A stretch of DNA of 43,211 bases from positions 1 through 43,211 of the IMG/VR virus record IMGVR_UViG_3300048858_000123, one strand, 5' to 3'. The position numbers were made by a program, and so were the translations under genes. The notes under the pieces are model-generated. The model was not told the origin of the DNA. It saw only the letters and a program-made list of their open reading frames with translations, and made no database searches. This document shows, piece after piece, positions 37,790-43,211 of this stretch (the first letter of the stretch is position 1; the number at the start of each line of letters is the position of its first letter). This DNA is from a virus (Duplodnaviria; Caudoviricetes).

Positions 37790-38020
37790 GGAGCGTCACC
37801 AGCTCAACTCAGAATGGCTGGTCTGCAACGCAGTAGCGGCACCGGTCCTTCGGAGTGCAGGTGGGGTCATCGAATTCACACCTGTTCTCTCGCTCTCTTT
37901 GAGCCTGAAGACGAAGGTAGGACGCCCATTTTTTGGGAATGAACCGTGAAAGTATCAAAGGAAGCCACCTGGATGAGTCGGGCTCCATGTAGTCGGTTGT
38001 TTTCTGAAAAGGAAAGATGA

Positions 38021-38839
38021 ATGCGCACTTTGTTAAGCATTTTGTTCGCACTTCATTGTGCAGTTGCAGCATCTCCACTGTCCGCTCAGACCATCGTAAA
38101 GACCGACCGCCAATGGACAAGCGAGGGCCAGCACATGGCCTTCGCCTCCCCCTGGTGCTCGAACTACGACAAGACGCTCGTAGAGGGCCGGGATTACTCG
38201 GACACGATCACCTACCAGACCGGCGATCTGGCCACCGCGACCAACGTGCAGCTATCGTGGCGCTGGCCCCTGGTGATGTCCCCCAAGTGCGGCGTGCGCG
38301 GGTACAACCACGTAGCCTGGGGCAACTACGACAGCGGCGCAGTGCGCAGTCCGGTTGCGCCTCGTCAGGTGTCCAGCATCGCCGACTTCACACTCGCCTA
38401 TGAGGTGGAGGACGCTGGCGGATATGCGGTGGGCACTCAGGGCTACAACGGCCTGGGCGAGTTCTACCTGACCACCAAGCCCGGTGACGCGAGCACCAAG
38501 GCCATCGAGATAGGCTGGTACTGGAACGCGCCTCTCGCAACCCGCGCCTGGGCGGCGACCGGCAAGCAGCTCGGCACCTTCAAGGACCGCTACAAGCAGT
38601 CGTGGAAGGTCGCGGCGAACGTTGGCGGTGCTGCCGGCCTGTTCGTCACGTTCACGCCTGACAACGCCACGGGGCGCCGCGTCAAGGGCAGCTTCGACGG
38701 CAAGGGCGCGCTCGACTTCCTGCGCGCGGCCGGCGTCGTGAAGGGCGAGTGGTGGCTCAACGGTGCTGCGCTTGGCGTGGAGCCGGTCAAGGGCATGGGG
38801 ACCGCGGTGGTGCGCAAGTTCGAGGTTGTGGCGCGGTGA
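38021..38839 (+). CDS. Secreted GH12-like (clan C) glycoside hydrolase
   Basis: Signal peptide ending PLSA-Q; SWRWP, VRGYNHVAWG, NGLGEFYLT, AIEIGWY (nucleophile Glu position), WLNGAALGVEPVKG (acid/base Glu position). Confidence 0.62.
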   Translation: MRTLLSILFALHCAVAASPLSAQTIVKTDRQWTSEGQHMAFASPWCSNYDKTLVEGRDYSDTITYQTGDLATATNVQLSWRWPLVMSPKCGVRGYNHVAWGNYDSGAVRSPVAPRQVSSIADFTLAYEVEDAGGYAVGTQGYNGLGEFYLTTKPGDASTKAIEIGWYWNAPLATRAWAATGKQLGTFKDRYKQSWKVAANVGGAAGLFVTFTPDNATGRRVKGSFDGKGALDFLRAAGVVKGEWWLNGAALGVEPVKGMGTAVVRKFEVVAR

Positions 38840-39282
38840 TCACGATACGCTTCCCTGACCACTTCCCGGTCAGGGCCACCGAATGGATGCTCGCGGCCAT
38901 GAAGACGAGCTGGGGCTTCCTGCTCCTGCTTCCCTACCCGATCTTTCATCAGCCGATGATGGTCGCCCTGGCGCGCATGGCAGATCAGCGCACATGGGGC
39001 AGCATCGCGTTCGTCGCGGGCTCACTCCATTTGATCGCACTCTACGTCAACGGCACCCGGCGCAAAAGCCCGCATGTGCGAGCAATCTGCTCTGGCATAG
39101 GCGCGCTCTTCTGGATCTTCGTCTGCCGCGGCATGTACGCTCCAGGTATCCCCAGCACGGGATGGGCAATCTACCCGTGGCTCGTCATCTTCAGCTTCCG
39201 CAATGTCTGGACCGCGATGGAAGACGCGCGCCGATCCGACGAGAGGTTCAAGTCGGAGGGCGCAACTGGTGGCAGATCCTAG
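38836..39282 (+). CDS. Multi-pass membrane protein of the lysis region
   Basis: About 4 hydrophobic helices; GTGA coupling. Confidence 0.65.
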   Translation: MITIRFPDHFPVRATEWMLAAMKTSWGFLLLLPYPIFHQPMMVALARMADQRTWGSIAFVAGSLHLIALYVNGTRRKSPHVRAICSGIGALFWIFVCRGMYAPGIPSTGWAIYPWLVIFSFRNVWTAMEDARRSDERFKSEGATGGRS

Positions 39283-39586
39283 TGCAGTACCGCAGGTCAC
39301 CGATATCCTCTGGACTGTCGGAGGCGCACTAGCCGCGCTGTTCGCTGGCTACGCCGCTTACAAGAAACCTCCCAACACGCCCGACCCGAGCAAGGACGTG
39401 GCCGTCGTGTCGGCATCGCTGTTCTCGGACAAGCAGCTGATCATGGACCTTCTGGCTGCCCTGCGCGGCGTGGAGCGCACGCTCGAATGCACCAACGAAC
39501 TGCTCGAGGCCGATGCCCAGCGCCGGCACGACGAGGCCATCATCCGCGATGCGCTGGCCAAGCATGGAGTGATCAAGCATGACTGA
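39269..39586 (+). CDS. Single-TM protein (holin/antiholin-like)
   Basis: ILWTVGGALAALFAGYAAY followed by a coiled tail; directly before the endolysin. Confidence 0.55.
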   Translation: MADPSAVPQVTDILWTVGGALAALFAGYAAYKKPPNTPDPSKDVAVVSASLFSDKQLIMDLLAALRGVERTLECTNELLEADAQRRHDEAIIRDALAKHGVIKHD

Positions 39587-40160
39587 CGTCCGCAAGCTGC
39601 AAGCCGCGGTCGGCGTGCCGGCAGACGGCATCGCTGGCCTAGCCACCTACACCGCCCTGTTCCGCAAGTGCGGCGCCACCATCGACCGAGCGCAGGAACT
39701 TGCCATTGCCGCAACGCGCTGGCTGCCTGAGTACGGTATCCTGGAAAGCACCCAGCGGCTCGCACACTTTCTCGGGCAGCTCATCCACGAAAGCGGCTCG
39801 TTCCGCTACATGGAGGAGATCGCCAGCGGCGCCGCCTACGAGGGACGCGCGGATCTGGGCAACAGAGAGTCCGGCGACGGCAAGCGGTTCAAGGGCCGCG
39901 GTCCAATCCAGATCACCGGGCGGGCGAACTATCGCTACTTCGGCCGCAAAATCGGCATCGACCTTGAGCGCCACCCGGAGATCGCTGCGAAGCCGTCGAT
40001 CGGCCTGCATCTGGCGTTGGAATACTGGGCCGACCGCAAGCTGAACGCACTGGCTGACACCGACAGCCTCGAAGCGATCACCCGCAAGATCAATGGTGGC
40101 ACGAACGGCCTTTCCGATCGCCGGGCCCACGTCACTGCGGTGAGGGGGTGGCTATCATGA
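39579..40160 (+). CDS. Endolysin, glycoside hydrolase family 19
   Basis: AHFLGQLIHESG, YEGRADLGN..GDGKRFKGRGPIQITGRANY, ITRKINGGTNGLSDR; short N-terminal peptidoglycan-binding-like ADGIAG. Confidence 0.93.
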   Translation: MTDVRKLQAAVGVPADGIAGLATYTALFRKCGATIDRAQELAIAATRWLPEYGILESTQRLAHFLGQLIHESGSFRYMEEIASGAAYEGRADLGNRESGDGKRFKGRGPIQITGRANYRYFGRKIGIDLERHPEIAAKPSIGLHLALEYWADRKLNALADTDSLEAITRKINGGTNGLSDRRAHVTAVRGWLS

Positions 40161-40447
40161 GCGGCTTCAAAGACCCGAAGTTCGTCATCGCCTACACGAT
40201 CATCCTGGGCTTCGCTGCGGCCTACGTAAACCGGCCCGACGACACCATGAACGGCGCGCTGATTGCGGCGTTTGCTGGTGCGTGGGGCTTCTACTTGGGC
40301 TCATCGAACAGCAGCAACCAGGTGCGAGACCAGGTCGGCAAGGCGCTTGATATTGCCGCGGCCAACTCGCCGTCACCGGCTAATCCCTTGCCCGTCGAAG
40401 TCGTGAACTCACCGGCTAAGCCTATGCCAACGGAGGATGCGATATGA
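40157..40447 (+). CDS. Putative holin (2 TM)
   Basis: Two TM segments and FYLGSS motif; coupled to the endolysin. Confidence 0.7.
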   Translation: MSGFKDPKFVIAYTIILGFAAAYVNRPDDTMNGALIAAFAGAWGFYLGSSNSSNQVRDQVGKALDIAAANSPSPANPLPVEVVNSPAKPMPTEDAI

Positions 40448-40725
40448 CCTGGCTGCTGAAGCTCTCCCCTGCCCTGCGCTGGGCCATCGGCGGCGTGCTG
40501 CTCATCATCGCCCTGGCAGCCCTCTACCACTGGCTTGGTGCTCGCGAGGAAGCGGATGACCGGGCGAACCAGAACGTCGGTGCCGCGGTGCAGCGGGAGG
40601 CGAACCAAGCCGCTACGATCGACAACGCCAGAAAGGCTGACCATGCTGAACAAGAGCTTCGCCGCGATCCTGTTGCTCGCGATGACGAGTGCATGCGTTA
40701 CGCGACCAACCCCGACGACTGCTGA
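40444..40725 (+). CDS. Inner-membrane spanin (Rz-like)
   Basis: N-terminal TM, periplasmic helix, C-terminal Cys pair. Confidence 0.7.
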   Translation: MTWLLKLSPALRWAIGGVLLIIALAALYHWLGAREEADDRANQNVGAAVQREANQAATIDNARKADHAEQELRRDPVARDDECMRYATNPDDC

Positions 40726-40894
40726 TAGTGCGTGCCTGTCGTTCTCGCCGCTGCGCTACACCATCCCGCCACGACAGGCTGACGGTACGCGGGATCTGGT
40801 GATGGACGAGGGCAACCGCTACGACACGCCGTCTACGGTAGATCGGATCGCCGGGCACAACGCGCGCTGGGATGCTATCTGCGCGGTGAAGTAA
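40643..40894 (+). CDS. Outer-membrane spanin lipoprotein (Rz1-like)
   Basis: Overlaps the Rz 3' end in another frame; signal MLNKSFAAILLLAMTSA-C lipobox; HNARWDAIC C-terminus. Confidence 0.75.
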   Translation: MLNKSFAAILLLAMTSACVTRPTPTTADSACLSFSPLRYTIPPRQADGTRDLVMDEGNRYDTPSTVDRIAGHNARWDAICAVK

Positions 40895-40969
40895 TGGAGC
40901 GGCGACCGAGACTCGAACTCGGCTCTTCAGCTTGGAAGGCTGAGGCACAAACCTCTATACCACCGCCGC
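40895..40969 (-). tRNA. tRNA-Gly(TCC)
   Basis: GCGGCGG TG GTAT AGAGGTTT GTGC C TCAGC CTTCCAA GCTGA AGAG CCGAG TTCGAGT CTCGG TCGCCGC T CCA: full cloverleaf, U73 discriminator, encoded CCA. Confidence 0.9.
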
Positions 40970-40972
40970 AGT

Positions 40973-41029
40973 TGGCGGGGATCGCGACGGACGGCAACCG
41001 AGAAAGCCCAGTCCATGTCCACCATCCCC
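40973..41029 (-). ncRNA. CCA-terminated hairpin (acceptor-stem mimic)
   Basis: GGGGAT...ATCCCC-G-CCA with inner stem ATGGAC/GTCCGT; 57 nt; no D or T arm. Confidence 0.4.
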
Positions 41030-41072
41030 AACTAGCGCAGCGCTACGCCAGCACCGTCTTTCCGGCTGTCAG

Positions 41073-41151
41073 TTACCGCAAACGGCAGGATTTGAACCTG
41101 CAACCTCTGCCTTCCAGGCAGCGCTCTGTCCAGTTGAGCTACAAGCGGTAA
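41073..41151 (-). ncRNA. tRNA-like RNA / pseudo-tRNA (tRNA-Arg-like body)
   Basis: TAGCTCAACTGGACAGAGC D-arm, CTGCC-TGGAA-GGCAG (5-nt loop), GCAGG-TTCAAAT-CCTGC T-arm, closed by TTACCGC/GCGGTAA; no CCA. Confidence 0.72.
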
Positions 41152-41158
41152 TCTGGGG

Positions 41159-41188
41159 ATTCTACACCCACGCGACTCGTGGAATCAA
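41159..41188 (-). promoter_or_regulatory. Sigma70-type promoter for the tRNA-like cluster
   Basis: TTGATT-18 bp-TAGAAT; predicted start near 41152, at the 5' end of the tRNA-like stem. Confidence 0.65.
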
Positions 41189-41287
41189 GGCCGACTTCGC
41201 TGCTCGGTCGCCCATTAAACACAAGCCGCCTTGTGTAACACCAAAGCCGGTTTCGCGAACGACAAGCTTGACCGACTCGCCCGCAAT

Positions 41288-41302
41288 GTTCTCCTACTGT
41301 TC
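41288..41302 (+). promoter_or_regulatory. Alphaproteobacterial LexA (SOS) box
   Basis: GTTC-TCCTACT-GTTC, 2 nt before ATG 41305. Confidence 0.78.
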
Positions 41303-41304
41303 TC

Positions 41305-41481
41305 ATGCGCCGCATCGCGATCGAACAACCAGATGGGGGCCTCTACAGGTGGCAAGACGGCAGGCCCGTCACCTTCAAGACCGTTGCTCAGGCAAGCCTC
41401 TTCAGGGCACCGGATGAGCGCCTGAAGCCCATAGACGTGCCTGAGGACCATGAGGACGCGCAGTTCTCTGGTCCGCACTGA
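41305..41481 (+). CDS. 58-aa SOS-box-preceded protein (not in the ORF track)
   Basis: MRRIAIEQPDGGLYRWQDGRPVTFKTVAQASLFRAPDERLKPIDVPEDHEDAQFSGPH; stop overlaps the next ATG (TGATG). Confidence 0.6.
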   Translation: MRRIAIEQPDGGLYRWQDGRPVTFKTVAQASLFRAPDERLKPIDVPEDHEDAQFSGPH

Positions 41482-41705
41482 TGGGCAGCAAGCGCCTCGA
41501 CGACATAGCTGCCCTCGCCCGGTATAAGCTCGACCTGCAGGTGAAATGCCGGTGTGGGCACACGGCGGTGCTGAACAGTGACAAGGTGCTGAAGGAATGC
41601 CTGGGATCGACGCGCGACCGGAGCTTGGTGGCCATCCAGCGCCGACTACGGTGTTCGGCCTGCAAGGGGCGTGAGGTGACTTGTGGGCCTTGTTTTCGTG
41701 GTTAG
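41481..41705 (+). CDS. Small Zn-ribbon protein
   Basis: VKCRCGH...RLRCSACKGR; coupled to the upstream ORF. Confidence 0.7.
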   Translation: MGSKRLDDIAALARYKLDLQVKCRCGHTAVLNSDKVLKECLGSTRDRSLVAIQRRLRCSACKGREVTCGPCFRG

Positions 41706-41926
41706 GCCTCAGTGACCGGTCGATTGATGTCGGCCCAATATTCTGGCTCTATTTCCAGCAGCTCTTGGCTCTCCACCCAATAACCCGGCTCAGGATCACA
41801 GTAGGGGCTGCTGCTGGGGATGCGCCACTCGCCCACTACGGGCCTGCCGTCTACCCAGAACAGCAAGTGCCGCCCCTCCTCGCGGTCCTCAGGCATGGAG
41901 GCAATAGGCTGCCAGTTAATAGCCAT
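41702..41926 (-). CDS. DUF551-like small phage protein
   Basis: WQPIASMPED...PEYWADINRP. Confidence 0.6.
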   Translation of the reverse strand: MAINWQPIASMPEDREEGRHLLFWVDGRPVVGEWRIPSSSPYCDPEPGYWVESQELLEIEPEYWADINRPVTEA

Positions 41927-42204
41927 CAGCCCACCGCATCAATCATCGCGCGCCACACGTTGGCAGCATCACCCTCGAACGCTGCGTGACCATTCTCGCC
42001 ATGGACGTTCCTGACGATCTCGGCACCGGCTTGGGCCATGACAGGATCGGGCTCACGAAGCGCCTCCACCACCGCCTTTACGCTCTCGATCACCTGCTCC
42101 TGAAGCTCAGGCTCAAGCGCGTCGAAGCTGTCGGTGCCGCTTTCCTTGAGGACGAGGGCGCGGGCTGCTCTAGCAAGGGGCGTCATGTGCGTCTCCAAGT
42201 TCAT
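41926..42204 (-). CDS. Hypothetical protein, paralogue of 18763-19080
   Basis: ARAARA...ALREPDPVM...WRAMID. Confidence 0.65.
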   Translation of the reverse strand: MNLETHMTPLARAARALVLKESGTDSFDALEPELQEQVIESVKAVVEALREPDPVMAQAGAEIVRNVHGENGHAAFEGDAANVWRAMIDAVG

Positions 42205-42208
42205 GCGA

Positions 42209-42439
42209 TCACTGCCCGGCGGCTTCCTCGATCGTCAAGCCATCATACGCCTTACGATCAAGCGTAATCACGATCTTGTCGATAGCGTTCCAGTCCGGCC
42301 CGCGCTCGACGATGTCTTGGAGATCCTCGATCTCCTCGATGCCGTGCTCGACGTCGATCAAGCCAAAACCGCTGCGGTAGTAGATCGTCGCCTTCCACCG
42401 GGCGGTGGTCACTTCGTCATCCGCTATCACATCATCCAT
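42209..42439 (-). CDS. Hypothetical acidic protein
   Basis: RBS AAGGAG; IEEIEDLQDIVERGPDWNAIDKIVI. Confidence 0.65.
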   Translation of the reverse strand: MDDVIADDEVTTARWKATIYYRSGFGLIDVEHGIEEIEDLQDIVERGPDWNAIDKIVITLDRKAYDGLTIEEAAGQ

Positions 42440-42475
42440 CGTTCTGCTCCTTGCTGATTGAGATGAACGCCTTGG

Positions 42476-42916
42476 TCACTCCCGCACTCCTTCAAGGGCG
42501 GCGCGGGCGGCTGCGCACTGAGCTATAGTGAGTGTGATCGGCTCTTTGCGGTCACCAGCGAGCGCTTGGTAGATCACTCTGTCCCCATGATCGCGGCAGA
42601 AGGCATCTCCCCACCAATCAGCAATGGCTGCCAACGGCTTCAATGCCTCCCGCAGCGCGGTGACCTGAGCGTCCTTGTCAGCCAGCTTCGTTTCCATCCA
42701 ACATGCGGGCGCATACTCACCTGCCTCGTCCTGATGGATCGCCGTCACGGTGCCGCATGGCCATGCATCCGTCTCGAAGTAGCGACCTGCCTCTGACTTC
42801 TTTCCTGTGTACCCCTGGTTATCCGGCCGATAGTAGAGGCCGCGCTTCACCAGCAGGAAGCAGGGTTCCTTCGGCACACTCTGGGCGACGGCAAAGACCT
42901 TAGGTTCAGTGGGCAT
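42476..42916 (-). CDS. Hypothetical phage protein
   Basis: LYYRPDNQGYT...AGRY motif; overlaps the upstream ORF. Confidence 0.6.
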   Translation of the reverse strand: MPTEPKVFAVAQSVPKEPCFLLVKRGLYYRPDNQGYTGKKSEAGRYFETDAWPCGTVTAIHQDEAGEYAPACWMETKLADKDAQVTALREALKPLAAIADWWGDAFCRDHGDRVIYQALAGDRKEPITLTIAQCAAARAALEGVRE

Positions 42917-43211
42917 CAGGGCTTCCCTTCACTTCGGGGGATTGGGCGCGGGCACGGAGGGCGGCTTGAAGGCCGAACCCCAAGGCTGTGAGGCGATAGG
43001 CTGCTCGCTTGTGTTTCCCAGCGGGGCGGGCCTCATACTCGGCCAATTGCCCGCGTCCACCTACACCCTTCGTCCAGTGCAAACTCCATGCACCGTTCGC
43101 GTTGAAGGTGTCTCGTCCGGGGAACTGCCAATCGCCAGTCATCGCGAGACACGCCCTAGCCGCACCCTTTGGCAGCCTCTTTGCCAACGCCAGCATCTCT
43201 TCACGGTTCAT
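42906..43211 (-). CDS. Hypothetical phage protein
   Basis: ORF starts at the window edge; YRLTALG wing-like motif. Confidence 0.55.
   Translation of the reverse strand: MNREEMLALAKRLPKGAARACLAMTGDWQFPGRDTFNANGAWSLHWTKGVGGRGQLAEYEARPAGKHKRAAYRLTALGFGLQAALRARAQSPEVKGSPDAH

Larger units (their letters stand above)
2491..43211. mobile_element. Lambdoid siphovirus prophage with HK97-type head, integrated in tRNA-Pro; right end outside the window
   Basis: Ordered modules int-xis-early-cI/cro-replication-HNH-terS-terL-portal-protease-capsid-tail-lysis; no obvious frameshifts in core genes; no second att copy seen. Confidence 0.96.

Noticed and set aside
34259-38839. Diversity-generating retroelement or invertible tail-fibre cassette
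   Set aside because: No reverse transcriptase, invertase or template/variable repeat pair seen
20341-40160. Many minus-strand ORFs across the structural and lysis genes (e.g. 23714-24700, 33087-33731, 36992-37741)
   Set aside because: Shadow ORFs of well-supported plus-strand genes; no RBS, motifs or regulatory signals
40894-41151. 85-aa plus-strand ORF after the spanins
   Set aside because: It is the reverse complement of the tRNA/tRNA-like cluster

Overview
Two host genes of a high-GC alphaproteobacterium (bkdA1 and thyA, both minus strand; Sphingomonadales is my inference) are followed by a nearly complete lambdoid siphovirus prophage with an HK97-type head. It is integrated at tRNA-Pro(CGG): the displaced 3' tRNA fragment is at 2491-2538, and the other att end lies beyond the window. 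Module order: int/xis, early-left genes (Dam, a BstA anti-phage gene, recombination and SSB-like genes), cI/cro switch, truncated LexA, RusA, two ParB-like genes, replication, HNH, terminase, head, tail (with a -1 chaperone frameshift and morons), SGNH esterase, GH12-like glucanase, GH19 lysis cassette with spanins, an antisense tRNA/tRNA-like RNA cluster, a LexA-box operon and small leftward genes. Four signals stand out. (1) An apparent SOS induction circuit: a repressor with no peptidase domain is overlapped in antisense by a Cys-rich ORF behind a perfect alphaproteobacterial LexA box, and the phage also carries an uncleavable LexA DNA-binding domain. (2) A BstA homologue has a 63-bp repeat-bounded, aba-like element across its start codon. 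(3) A promoter-driven cluster holds one true tRNA and two tRNA mimics. (4) An esterase and glycoside hydrolase pair sits next to the lysis genes. All protein family calls come from motif recognition by eye, not database searches.
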